Assembly: GCA_046116545.1 (NCBI GenBank)
Contig: CP175956.1
Coordinates: 769,734 to 833,733 of the forward strand
DNA length: 64,000 nt
Direction: 5' to 3'
DNA from: Candidatus Moraniibacteriota bacterium
GTDB taxonomy: Bacteria > Patescibacteriota > Minisyncoccia > Moranbacterales > GCA-2747515
The position numbers and the translations under genes were made by a program. Below, piece by piece: positions 29,135 through 39,980 of the stretch. How positions within the stretch are numbered: the stretch's first letter is position 1; each line of letters opens with the position of its first letter. Under the pieces are notes generated by a model that was not told the DNA's origin, did no database searches, and saw nothing but the letters and a program-made list of their open reading frames with translations.

Positions 29135-29845
29135 TTACGCTTTTGTACAATCACTTACACTTATTTTTTTTGCAATTATCAGCTCACCAGCTGAATAATA
29201 ATTACCTTTCCAAGCTAAATTAAAAGCTGATAAACTTATTACCGTTTCTTTATGATAAGGAAGTCCTGGATCACTGATTAATATTTCATCCTTTTTCGTG
29301 TTCAATCCTACTATTAATATATAATGACCCCCTATTTCTTTACTGGCTTCATCATACAATACAAATGGATTTACACCTGCCATAATGAAAGAATTGTTGT
29401 TATTGTTAATGATTTTTTTTATATCTCGATAACCATCATCTTTCATAACAACACCTGCATCATATGCTAATTTAACAGCTTTATGATAATTATCCATATT
29501 GAAATATTTTTCCAAATATTGTATAGCATCAATTCCCATGATATCAATTCCATGTGTATATATCTGCGCCCAGCTTACTGGCATCGGAATATTCATGATA
29601 ACCTGCATCCCCTCTTTAGCTAAAACATATGCTGCTATTGCTTGAATTGTGTTTTCTTTTATATCTCTCTCCCTGAATAAGAAACTATCTAACTGCACAG
29701 GGTCTTTGTATACAGACTTATTTTTGTAAGCATTGATAATTCCAGCTACGCAGGCAGCTACACAACGACTATTATCTGTCGAGTTTTTTAGAGCAAAATA
29801 ATATTTACTGTCATTTAATTTATTGAACATACCAAGTAGTTCCAT
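29135..29845 (-). CDS. C39-like papain-fold cysteine peptidase
   Basis: DNSRCVAACVAGIINAY (Cys-containing N-terminal motif), GHYILIVG (His), ISDPGL (Asp-Pro), in C39-like order and spacing. Confidence 0.45.
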   Translation of the reverse strand: MELLGMFNKLNDSKYYFALKNSTDNSRCVAACVAGIINAYKNKSVYKDPVQLDSFLFRERDIKENTIQAIAAYVLAKEGMQVIMNIPMPVSWAQIYTHGIDIMGIDAIQYLEKYFNMDNYHKAVKLAYDAGVVMKDDGYRDIKKIINNNNNSFIMAGVNPFVLYDEASKEIGGHYILIVGLNTKKDEILISDPGLPYHKETVISLSAFNLAWKGNYYSAGELIIAKKISVSDCTKA

Positions 29846-31232
29846 CTTTATTATCCTTCAATGTTATCCCCATTTGGAATAATTCTTCCTTTACTTTGTC
29901 CGCTTCAGACCAATTCTTTTTCACTCTATATTTATTTCTTTTTTGTATTTTTTGTTCAATTTCTTCTTTTTTTTCATCAGGAATACTTTGTTCATTAAAA
30001 AGTAAAAATCCAAAAATTGAATCCCAATCTTTAAAAAAAGATATAATATCTATAACATTTTTATCGCTTACTTGATTAGTGTCCATAATCTTATTAACTT
30101 CAGTAATAAACTCATGTACATTAGATATTGCTAGAGCTGTATTTAAGTCATCATTCATTGCCTTAATAATTTTTTGTCTTGTATTTTCAATTAAATGATC
30201 AATTGAATGATTATTATCACGTCCTATTTGTTCTTTTGTTCTTATTATAAAATTTTGGATTCTACCTAACGACCTATCAGCAGACCTTAAACCTTCAAAT
30301 GTAAAATTCAAGTTTTCCCTATAATTACTAGTTAAAATTAAGTATCTAAATGCCATGGGATTAGAAACTTCTTTCAACACATCGTTTAAAACATAAAAAT
30401 TTTTTAAACTTTTTGACATTTTTTTTCCATCTATTTTTAAATGCTCTCGGTGAAGCCAATATTTAACAAATTTTTGACCCGTTGAAGCCTCACTTTGTGC
30501 TATTTCATTTTCATGATGGGGGAAAATCAAATCTACAGCGCCAGTATGAATATCAAAAGTATTCCCTAAATTTTTCATACTCATAGCTGAACATTCTATA
30601 TGCCATCCTGGACGCCCCCTACCAAAAGATGATTGCCAAAAGTTATCACCATCTTTTTTTTGCCATGCCTTCCAAAGCACAAAATCAGATGCATTATCTT
30701 TTTCGTATTCATCTAATTCTATACGTCCACTAGCACCTTCTTTCAACATTCTTTTTTTTAAATTTGATAATTTTCCATAATTTTTGAATTTAGAAATTTC
30801 AAAATACACAGATCCATCGTTAGCTCTATATGCATATCCCTTATCTATCAAGTCTTGTATCAATACAATCATTTCATCAATGTAATCTGTTGCTTTACAG
30901 ATTTTTTTTGGTTTTAATATATTAAGCATATTAAAATCAGCAAATAAAGATTCTGTATAAAAATTTGTATATTCTTCAAGTGTTGTATGTTCTTTTTGTG
31001 AACCTTTTATAGTTTTATCATCAACATCTGTAATATTCATTACATCTATTATTTCATATCCACTATATTGTAAATATCTTTTTAATAAATCTGCAAATAA
31101 ATACGTACTTAAATTTCCTATATGTGCATAATCATATACCGTTGGTCCACAGGAATACATTTTAACAATATTCTTGTTTAATGATTCAAAAACCTCTTTT
31201 TTTCGTGATAGTGTATTATATAATTTAATCAT
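29820..31232 (-). CDS. cysS: cysteinyl-tRNA synthetase
   Basis: YSCGPTVYDYAHIGN (HIGH region) and KMSKSLKNF (KMSKS). Confidence 0.9.
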   Translation of the reverse strand: MIKLYNTLSRKKEVFESLNKNIVKMYSCGPTVYDYAHIGNLSTYLFADLLKRYLQYSGYEIIDVMNITDVDDKTIKGSQKEHTTLEEYTNFYTESLFADFNMLNILKPKKICKATDYIDEMIVLIQDLIDKGYAYRANDGSVYFEISKFKNYGKLSNLKKRMLKEGASGRIELDEYEKDNASDFVLWKAWQKKDGDNFWQSSFGRGRPGWHIECSAMSMKNLGNTFDIHTGAVDLIFPHHENEIAQSEASTGQKFVKYWLHREHLKIDGKKMSKSLKNFYVLNDVLKEVSNPMAFRYLILTSNYRENLNFTFEGLRSADRSLGRIQNFIIRTKEQIGRDNNHSIDHLIENTRQKIIKAMNDDLNTALAISNVHEFITEVNKIMDTNQVSDKNVIDIISFFKDWDSIFGFLLFNEQSIPDEKKEEIEQKIQKRNKYRVKKNWSEADKVKEELFQMGITLKDNKDGTTWYVQ

Positions 31233-31306
31233 TGCTTTAAAAATATATCCAAAAAAGAAATATCACCATAAAGTGATATCTCTATCATCCCTTTGAAAAT
31301 AGAAAT

Positions 31307-31498
31307 CTACTTCAAGATCAATCCTGTACCTGAAGAAGAACTTCCACTACAAAGCATTGCTTTTGATTTTTTTGTAACTATTTGTACCTTTGAATCACTC
31401 TTTTCAGATTTATTTACATCAACTGCTCCTGTACCTGAAGAAGAACTTCCACTACAAAGCATTGCTTTTGATTTTTTTGTAACTATTTGTACCTTCAT
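31307..31498 (-). CDS. small ORF inside a tandem 105-bp duplication; Cys/Ser/Gly-rich repeated peptide (MKVQIVTKKSKAMLCSGSSSSGTG x2)
   Basis: Track ORF with an ATG start. The unit cctgtacctgaagaagaacttccactacaaagcattgcttttgatttttttgtaactatttgtacctt occurs twice, about 105 nt apart. A weak hairpin (ATATCAC/GTGATAT) plus U-tract follows at ~31250-31281, before cysS. Confidence 0.35.
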   Translation of the reverse strand: MKVQIVTKKSKAMLCSGSSSSGTGAVDVNKSEKSDSKVQIVTKKSKAMLCSGSSSSGTGLILK

Positions 31499-31634
31499 AA
31501 TAATATAAGTTATTGATTTATTATATACACTATCGACCTTTAATTTAATTATAGGCTAATTTTATATATCAGTCAATTGGCTCACAGATATATAACTATA
31601 AAAAATCATAATTTTTTATAGCTTACTCACCCCA

Positions 31635-31760
31635 AAGGAGGTGTTTGGGACCTGACATAACACGCAAAATTGTGCAAAAAACTACTGTAACAACTGAGAA
31701 AAGTTTGATAAATTAAATTACTACTTTACACATTTATTCTACTGCATATACCGTAAGCTG
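31635..31760 (+). repeat. repeat element 'P2' copy B (AAAGGAGGTG + 23-codon TTG ORF 31646..31717: MGPDITRKIVQKTTVTTEKSLIN)
   Basis: See copy A. It lies between the terminator of the 408-aa gene and the tandem-repeat ORF. Confidence 0.65.
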
Positions 31761-31774
31761 TAAATGAAAAATTA

Positions 31775-31807
31775 AAAGATCTACAAAATATTATTATGTA
31801 GATCTTT
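31775..31807 (-). terminator. rho-independent terminator after the 408-aa gene
   Basis: Perfect 11-bp stem AAAGATCTACA/TGTAGATCTTT, with an A-run on the + strand side (a U-tract on the minus transcript). Confidence 0.55.
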
Positions 31808-31826
31808 TTATGTTAAGAAAAATAAC

Positions 31827-33053
31827 TTAAACCAAATTACTCTTCCCTGCTAATGGCAAAGAACAATTCTCTAACCTATCCTTATTAACAAGACATGGCT
31901 GTATCCAAGTTTTTGGAGCATTTACAGATCCATAACTTCCCCATGCCTTACGCCAATGACCTCTACGCCAATGAACACTTTTTTCACGACTAACACGAGT
32001 TTTATGTATTTCTGATACAATCTCCACACTTTTCTCATACAAATCACTGTCTGCTAAAGTTATATCGAAAATATCATCAGGACATGTCACCATAGCACAC
32101 TCATTAGTCTCAAGGTGACTATTTCTTTTTTTATTGCTGTCATGATCAGAAAAATTACCCATGGACAAAGATTCCATGTACATACACGTACTCAATACAA
32201 TATGTTGAGCTTTGTCACATGCAGAATACATCATGTAAATATCCTCTTCCTCCATTTTTTGTGTAAGATCCTTTACAGTATTAAAACCAGCAACCTCTAA
32301 CCGTTTAGTAAATTTGCTCTGATCAGCCTCAAGAGACTGTGATACAGGATCTGTGAGGATATCTCCTTTATAACCTCTTGTAGTGACATGAAATTCATCA
32401 AGTATTCCTTCAGTTAAAAGGAGCAACTTTTTTTTAATCTTTTCAACACTTATTCTGCCTTTTTTGACAGCTTTAGAAATTTTTTGTTTATCAAGAGATT
32501 TATAATCACAGAGAGTCCTAGGAAAAAGTATAAAATGTTTCATTTCCATACGATCTCTTCTGTCAATAAATCCACCAACCTCACTAACTAAAATGATATC
32601 ATATTCCTTATCACGTGCTCCAATAATCGGATCATCCAGAGTTAATACAAATGACTTGAATGGCCATTTAATATCTTGCCAAGTAAATCCATCTAAAGAA
32701 GTTGCGCTCAACAGCGTTTGCACATTTGATGTTAGTGACAGTGTTTTTCTTGAATGTTTATTCCATGCAAATAAATTCATCGGTAACGGACCGACATTCC
32801 GTAAAACACCTGCCGATAATTCATATGATCCTGTAAATTTATCATAATCATAATCACCATCAACAGCATTTTTTAAGATATGTTGTCGAAATTCCTTATA
32901 ATGCTTAACTGGCCCCTGAAAATCAGGCTTTCTTGAGTTTTTATATTTCTTGTTTCTTAGACCAGCAATTGTGAACTGCTGCACTAAAAAACAAACATCT
33001 TCCCATAAAGCCACTGCTTTATTTAACCTATCTGAAACATGAATCTTATCCAT
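31827..33053 (-). CDS. hypothetical protein (408 aa) between the 16S trailer and the P2 repeat
   Basis: Long ORF with no recognisable motif and a basic, Trp-rich C-terminus (HWRRGHWRKAWG). Confidence 0.45.
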   Translation of the reverse strand: MDKIHVSDRLNKAVALWEDVCFLVQQFTIAGLRNKKYKNSRKPDFQGPVKHYKEFRQHILKNAVDGDYDYDKFTGSYELSAGVLRNVGPLPMNLFAWNKHSRKTLSLTSNVQTLLSATSLDGFTWQDIKWPFKSFVLTLDDPIIGARDKEYDIILVSEVGGFIDRRDRMEMKHFILFPRTLCDYKSLDKQKISKAVKKGRISVEKIKKKLLLLTEGILDEFHVTTRGYKGDILTDPVSQSLEADQSKFTKRLEVAGFNTVKDLTQKMEEEDIYMMYSACDKAQHIVLSTCMYMESLSMGNFSDHDSNKKRNSHLETNECAMVTCPDDIFDITLADSDLYEKSVEIVSEIHKTRVSREKSVHWRRGHWRKAWGSYGSVNAPKTWIQPCLVNKDRLENCSLPLAGKSNLV

Positions 33054-33191
33054 GAAGTCCTCCTCTGTATATGTAATTTTTAAGAAACTAAGTGTAAAAT
33101 AATATTATTATTTCTAATTCAAACTACTAAAAATAACATTGTATAATACACTATTTTTCTTAAATTGTCAAGGTCACTCTCAAAACAAAAA

Positions 33192-33210
33192 ACACCCAAC
33201 CAATGAGTGT
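33192..33210 (-). terminator. 16S rRNA transcription terminator
   Basis: On the minus transcript: ACACUCA-uugg-UUGGGUGU (contains a G-U pair) followed by UUUUUUG. The same hairpin is present in the orphan trailer copy. Confidence 0.55.
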
Positions 33211-33248
33211 CTTTAAATTCTAACAAGTTTACGTAATAACACACTAAG

Positions 33249-33272
33249 ATTCCTGCCTTCGCAGGAATGACA
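33249..33272. repeat. REP-like palindromic element ATTCCTGCCTTCGCAGGAATGACA (copy 3), in the 16S trailer
   Basis: Exact copy. Confidence 0.7.
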
Positions 33273-33421
33273 TTTGTGTCATAATCTTTTGCGGTTAGTC
33301 CTTTCGATACTATTACCTTTGAGCCGTACATTACAATTATGTGTATAAAAGACACATAATCGACCAAAATGGGTTTTAAGAACTTGATGTGACCATCAAC
33401 TCTTTACACCTTTACTCCCTA

Positions 33422-34914
<1,493 letters not shown>

Positions 34915-35440
34915 AAACGATATCTTACCCGAAAAAGGTAAGACCATCTCTGCTCGAATCAACATTTAACGAGATGTATTGCGATGAACCGTAGTTCATC
35001 TAATTTGACTAGACTCAAAGATTAATAGATCGGATTGTTATTACATATAAATATGTAATAACGGTTTGTTGTTCCAACTTAATAAAAAGTTCATACAACT
35101 TTTAAGGACTAACCACAAAAAATTATGAACTTCATATTTCTTTATGATTGGTATATTTGCTAGTTGTCTTCAAATACTGTTACAAAAGTATTTGATTACA
35201 ATATATTATATTTTTAAAGTTCTTGCTCTCACTTTCTCTATCGAGAAAGAAAAACACATCTCTAGAAACTTTATCATACAAATAAAATTTTGTCCAGAGA
35301 TGTATTATTCTTTCATTCAATTCATTACGAATGGAGTTAACAATACTTCCGTTACTCATGTCTCTTCTTTTATTAACACTAAAGCCTATTATACATGTAA
35401 AAAAAATACTGTCAAGCTTTTTGCTTTGTGCATAGAAAAA

Positions 35441-35474
35441 GACCAGTGTTTCATTATAAAACACTGGTCTTTTG
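35441..35474. terminator. bidirectional terminator hairpin GACCAGTGTT/AACACTGGTC
   Basis: 10-bp perfect stem flanked by an A-run and a T-run. It lies downstream of the coiled-coil gene and upstream of the rRNA leader. Confidence 0.5.
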
Positions 35475-35504
35475 TTGCTCTTAAAAAACTTTTTTAATTG
35501 ATAA

Positions 35505-36251
35505 TTATTTAGACGAAAGAGTCTTCATCAATCCTTCGGTTACTTTCACCGCCTCACCAACATTTTCAACCAGAGTTTTAAGCTCTGGCTTACGCAAGTC
35601 TTTTTTAGATTCTTCAACAAAGCCTGCAATAGTATTGAGAGCTGTCTGAAGAACATCTTTTTCTTCTTCCAGCTTTTTTGCTGCGTCAGCACCTTGTTTA
35701 AGTGCATGCACCTTACCATCTATAGACTTTTGCATCTGCGTCTTTTTTTCTTCAGCAACCGTTATAGCATTTTGCATACGCGCCGCTTGAGATTCATTAG
35801 ATTCAACCTTCTTTCGAAAATTAGCCAATGCATCTCTGAACTCTTCCGACTGCCTTTCTATCTCAGCAGCATAAATATCTTCCCGCTCATTAAGCTGCTC
35901 TTTCAGTTTTTCATGCTTTTTTATAAGTTCTGCATTTTCTGCCTGAAATTCTTGCATGCTTTCAAACAGATATTTTACCTTGGCTTCACCATGTGCTTGG
36001 ATACCTTTAACCGATGCATCTGCAAGGATATGTTCCAGAGATTTCTTCTGGACATGCACTGAATTTTTCTTTTCAGATTTTTTCTCACCTCTGCGAGCCG
36101 TACACGTCGGACAAGGACAGTCATCATCACCCAATGCCTCTCCCATCATAAGACGCCCAAGTAAGCTACCTAGTCCTAGACCATCAAAACCTGGACCACC
36201 CATAAACTCATGATCACGAAACTTCTCAAACAAACTTTCATTACCTGCCAT
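35505..36251 (-). CDS. coiled-coil protein with a Cys-rich N-terminal segment (CPCPTC)
   Basis: Start chosen at MAGNES, which follows GGAGAAAG. The track ORF extends further to 36341. The rest is a long Glu/Lys/Gln-rich helical region. Confidence 0.45.
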   Translation of the reverse strand: MAGNESLFEKFRDHEFMGGPGFDGLGLGSLLGRLMMGEALGDDDCPCPTCTARRGEKKSEKKNSVHVQKKSLEHILADASVKGIQAHGEAKVKYLFESMQEFQAENAELIKKHEKLKEQLNEREDIYAAEIERQSEEFRDALANFRKKVESNESQAARMQNAITVAEEKKTQMQKSIDGKVHALKQGADAAKKLEEEKDVLQTALNTIAGFVEESKKDLRKPELKTLVENVGEAVKVTEGLMKTLSSK

Positions 36252-36428
36252 ACTCTTTCTCCTACTTTTAAAAGTTTTATAATGTAAAACAACAAAAAAA
36301 TTATCACTTCCAATATTTTTATTGGAAGATAAATCATACAACTAAACAACACCATAGTCAAGGAATTTTTTTATAAAAAAGCTGACAATCACAAATATGA
36401 TTGTCAGCTTTAGAGTAACCAACAACGA

Positions 36429-37034
36429 CTATATTTTTGCAACGTCAGCTGTTTCAAGCCAGGTTGTTATGGCCGTGTCATATGCAGCAGTAAGCGCAAA
36501 TACTTTCTTAGCAAGCATGAGCCTGGTCTCAAGAGTTGTATTACCGAGTGCTTTAATTTCTTCAATGACTTTCGGATAATCAGCAGGATCAACAATTACT
36601 GTAACATCTCTCCAATTTTTTGCTGCTGCCCGCAACATTGTCGGACCACCGATGTCAATGTTCTCAATTGCATCATCCAGTTTGCAATTTGGATCTGCAA
36701 CAGTACTTTCAAATGCATACAAATTCACTGCAATGAGATCAATATTTTGAATGCCCTGCTTAGCACATTGCATTCGATGACTTTCATTCTCTCGCTGATT
36801 GAGTATACCACCATGTACTTTTGGATGTAGTGTCTTTACACGACCATCCAACATTTCTGGAAACCCAGTAAAGTCTGAGACATCTGTAACCCACAATTTT
36901 GCATCCCGCAACTTCTTAGCAGTTCCACCGGTAGAAAGTAACTCAATGCCCAGTTCTACAAGTTCCAAAGCAAATCCCTCTATGCCTGATTTATCTGTCA
37001 GGCTGATAAGAGCTCTTTCAATCACATTGTCCAT
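36429..37034 (-). CDS. IMP cyclohydrolase domain protein (PurH N-terminal/MGS-like half only)
   Basis: [51 protein letters not shown] and [17 protein letters not shown] are the canonical IMPCH motifs. There is no AICAR transformylase half. Confidence 0.7.
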   Translation of the reverse strand: MDNVIERALISLTDKSGIEGFALELVELGIELLSTGGTAKKLRDAKLWVTDVSDFTGFPEMLDGRVKTLHPKVHGGILNQRENESHRMQCAKQGIQNIDLIAVNLYAFESTVADPNCKLDDAIENIDIGGPTMLRAAAKNWRDVTVIVDPADYPKVIEEIKALGNTTLETRLMLAKKVFALTAAYDTAITTWLETADVAKI

Positions 37035-37185
37035 TGTATCTTTCTCCTTTTTGCTCTATTCCTGATAATAAAGTCATAATTTCATTTACACAATCAGGTG
37101 TGTTTTTATATTATCAAAACTATATAAATTATTAAAGAAACGATTTCTAAATATACAACTCTCTAATCTGTTTGTCAAATAAAAC

Positions 37186-37217
37186 AATGCTCATGCTATT
37201 TATATAGCATGAGCATT
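37186..37217 (-). terminator. terminator hairpin overlapping the stop of the URO-D/MetE-like gene
   Basis: 14-bp perfect stem AATGCTCATGCTAT/ATAGCATGAGCATT, followed by a U-rich run on the minus transcript. Confidence 0.45.
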
Positions 37218-37931
37218 ATATCTCACAAAATTACTTTCATATAATAATCTCTGTGACAAAAAATTGAGCTTATTAAAAGCAATTTCACAGTCAATAGGTT
37301 TATATGCCAATGGAGACATTCCACACGGATAAGTCAATAAATCGCCTTTTTGAAAATCTCTAATATCACGCATGTGTTGCACACCCCATGCGACTACCGC
37401 TCCATACTTTCTATACTCTGGAAATAAAACTGGAAGATTTACTCTTGTTGCATCAAGGCTAATTATATTTACACCAGATCTGAATAATCTTTCCCAGTTT
37501 GCATCACCACATGTATGTATTCCTGAAGTGACATCAAATTCATCAAATATTGAACTCCAAGCCAACTCATAATCCAATTCAACTGGAAGCTTATCTAAAC
37601 CAGGTTCATCCAAAAATAAAATAATTTGATCTGCACACAATCCATCAAGCAATACCTTGATATATTCACATGCCGCAACCACAGCATCGTCTAGACTGTA
37701 TTTACCAGTTCGAAACAATGTCACAGGACCAGCACACTGAATCTTTGCTCGTGAAAATTCATTCTCCTTAAATTTTTGTAAACCTGCTGGCTTACGAGAT
37801 TGTCCAATATCATCTACCATTGAGTCGCCAAGTAGTGGTAATTCAGGTAATGCTGGAATTGGATAACGCAATCTATCTTTTATAGCGAGTCTCACGCTCG
37901 TTTGTGGCGAAGAACCTATTTGTGTAAACAT
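37200..37931 (-). CDS. URO-D/MetE-like (cobalamin-independent methionine synthase C-terminal-like) family protein
   Basis: GIHTCGD and PCGMSP resemble the Zn-binding His/Cys motifs of the UROD/MetE fold. The call is weak. Confidence 0.3.
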   Translation of the reverse strand: MFTQIGSSPQTSVRLAIKDRLRYPIPALPELPLLGDSMVDDIGQSRKPAGLQKFKENEFSRAKIQCAGPVTLFRTGKYSLDDAVVAACEYIKVLLDGLCADQIILFLDEPGLDKLPVELDYELAWSSIFDEFDVTSGIHTCGDANWERLFRSGVNIISLDATRVNLPVLFPEYRKYGAVVAWGVQHMRDIRDFQKGDLLTYPCGMSPLAYKPIDCEIAFNKLNFLSQRLLYESNFVRYNAHAI

Positions 37932-38099
37932 TTTATACTCCTTATTTTTATATATAAAATTTGTTTGATGTATTTGTTAAATAACTATTATGATAACCTT
38001 ACAATAATTTATATTAATGTCAAAGAAACATCAAAAAGAACATCGGACAATATAATCCAATGTTCTTAATATTTATCTGATTTTTACATTCAAATAAAC

Positions 38100-38624
38100 T
38101 TAATTTAATTCACTTTTTCTTAATTCAATAAGATCTTCAACTTGTACTCTTAAGTTTTTCTCACTACCATAAATAACTGACCTTGGGATAGTTCTAATAC
38201 CTTGTTTCCCCATAATCACATCAACAATTTTTCCTTCTATTTCATCAACATCAAGATCCTCATCAAGAGTCGATGAATACACACCACCCATTTTATCAAT
38301 AGCTACAAATAATTTATTTTTTTGTGTCTCAAAATCATCAATTTCACCCTCATTTTTTTCTAATTCTTTCGTCAATGTATCAATTTCATCTTCTAAAGCT
38401 TTTAAAATTGGAGAATCTACTCCTACCGGACCAGAAGAATCCCTAAACGCCATGCTTTGTTTTGTCAGGTCTTCATGTCTATTTTGTAAAGCCTTAATTT
38501 TATCTTTAATGATTTGTATATAATCCTCACTAGAATTATCTAATTTATTTTCAAAATTACTTATTGATCCAGTATTGATAACCTCTTTTGATTCTTGTCC
38601 ATTTTGTATTGATTCAAAGTCCAT
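38100..38624 (-). CDS. hypothetical protein
   Basis: 174 aa ORF, acidic, no recognisable motif. Confidence 0.4.
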   Translation of the reverse strand: MDFESIQNGQESKEVINTGSISNFENKLDNSSEDYIQIIKDKIKALQNRHEDLTKQSMAFRDSSGPVGVDSPILKALEDEIDTLTKELEKNEGEIDDFETQKNKLFVAIDKMGGVYSSTLDEDLDVDEIEGKIVDVIMGKQGIRTIPRSVIYGSEKNLRVQVEDLIELRKSELN

Positions 38625-38642
38625 ATTATTTCTATTAATAAT

Positions 38643-39968
38643 TTATTTTTTCTCAATAATACTTTTGCCTCCTGGCATATATGGTCGTAATACTTTTGGT
38701 ATCACAACACTACCATCAGCTTGCTGAAAGTTTTCTAGTATTGCTATGAAAGGTCGTGGTGATGGAAGTACTGTGTTGTTTAACATGAACACATGTTTTT
38801 TGTTTCCGTCCTTATCTTTGTATTTCACATTAAGTCGTCTTGATTGCCAATCTAGGAAGTTTGATGCACTTCCAGTCTCTCCCCATTTATCCAATCCTGG
38901 CATCCATGCTTCGAGATCAAACATTCTGTACTTACCTGTCCCCATATCTCCCGTACAAATAGCAAGCTTACGATATGGCAAACCTAATTCAGCATGAATT
39001 TCTTCTGATATTGCAACCATTTCTTCTTGTAATTTTTCTGATTCATCTGTATCAGCTTTTGCAATTACAACTTGCTCAATCTTCATAAACTCATGTACAC
39101 GGTACATACCTTTTGTATCTTTACCATAGCTCCCTATTTCGCTCCTATAGCATTGTGAGTACCCACACAGCTTCATAGGTAACTGACTCTCATCCAACAC
39201 CTCTCCAGCGTAATACGCGAGCAATGACGGCTCTGCAGTCCCTACTAAAAATTTCTTTTCTTTGGAATCTTTACCATCAGCTTCTTTTGTCTTTGTTGCT
39301 ACTTGATATATTTCATCTTCTGTTTGATCATACTGCGTACCTTTGAAATATCCACTACCAAAAAGCGCAAATTCTTTCACAAGAGTCGGCGGTATCATAG
39401 GAGAAAATCCTTTTGCTATCATTTTGTGAAGCGCATACATCATTAGCGCCATAGTAAGTGCCGCTCCATCACCTTTCAAATAATAACCTCTATACCCAGC
39501 AACTTTTGCACCACGATCAAAATCTATAATATCCAAATCCGTTCCAATTGCGATATGATCTTTTGGCTCAAAATCAAACTCTGGTTTATCACCTTTTTCA
39601 TATACAATTACATTTTCATTTTCATCCTTACCCACAGGAACATCTTCCGCTGCCACAGTTGGCACTCGGACCATAAGTTCCATGAATTTTTGTTGAATTT
39701 CTTTTAATTTCGGTTCTAAGCTCTCTGTCTTTTCTTTTATCTCTTTCCCACTAGCAATAATCTCTTGTCGCTCCTCATCACTACCTGCATTTTTTATCTT
39801 ATTATTCACTTCATTCTTCTGAGATTTCAATGCCTCAATTTCCTGCATAAGAGCAACTCGCTCACCATCAACTGAAAGTAATTCAGCAACATCAAATTTA
39901 AGAACTTTATCATCTGCAGCTTTTTGTACCTTATCCGCATTTTCACGAATATATTTTATATCTAACAT
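38643..39968 (-). CDS. serS: seryl-tRNA synthetase
   Basis: MLDIKYIRENADKV at the N-terminus (coiled-coil arm) and class II motifs (…GYSQCYRSEIGSYGKDTKGMYRVHEF…). Confidence 0.9.
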   Translation of the reverse strand: MLDIKYIRENADKVQKAADDKVLKFDVAELLSVDGERVALMQEIEALKSQKNEVNNKIKNAGSDEERQEIIASGKEIKEKTESLEPKLKEIQQKFMELMVRVPTVAAEDVPVGKDENENVIVYEKGDKPEFDFEPKDHIAIGTDLDIIDFDRGAKVAGYRGYYLKGDGAALTMALMMYALHKMIAKGFSPMIPPTLVKEFALFGSGYFKGTQYDQTEDEIYQVATKTKEADGKDSKEKKFLVGTAEPSLLAYYAGEVLDESQLPMKLCGYSQCYRSEIGSYGKDTKGMYRVHEFMKIEQVVIAKADTDESEKLQEEMVAISEEIHAELGLPYRKLAICTGDMGTGKYRMFDLEAWMPGLDKWGETGSASNFLDWQSRRLNVKYKDKDGNKKHVFMLNNTVLPSPRPFIAILENFQQADGSVVIPKVLRPYMPGGKSIIEKK

Positions 39969-39980
39969 ATTTTTTCATTT

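Noticed and set aside
31293-31508. Plus-strand 71-aa ORF across the tandem repeat as the real gene
   Set aside because: It needs a TTG start with no Shine-Dalgarno and gives a hydrophobic low-complexity product, whereas the minus-strand frame has an ATG and a co-directional operon context. I kept only the minus version as a low-confidence feature. The strand remains unresolved.
33054-33420. tRNA genes or a 23S rRNA downstream of the 16S (a normal rrn operon)
   Set aside because: I could see no cloverleaf-compatible sequence and no GTTCGAATC-type T-loop. A terminator hairpin plus U-tract follows the trailer, and the next gene is a protein on the same strand.
35144-35497. Overlapping plus and minus ORFs of 117 and 94 aa
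   Set aside because: They fall in the 16S leader/promoter and terminator region, are AT-rich with no motif, and overlap each other.
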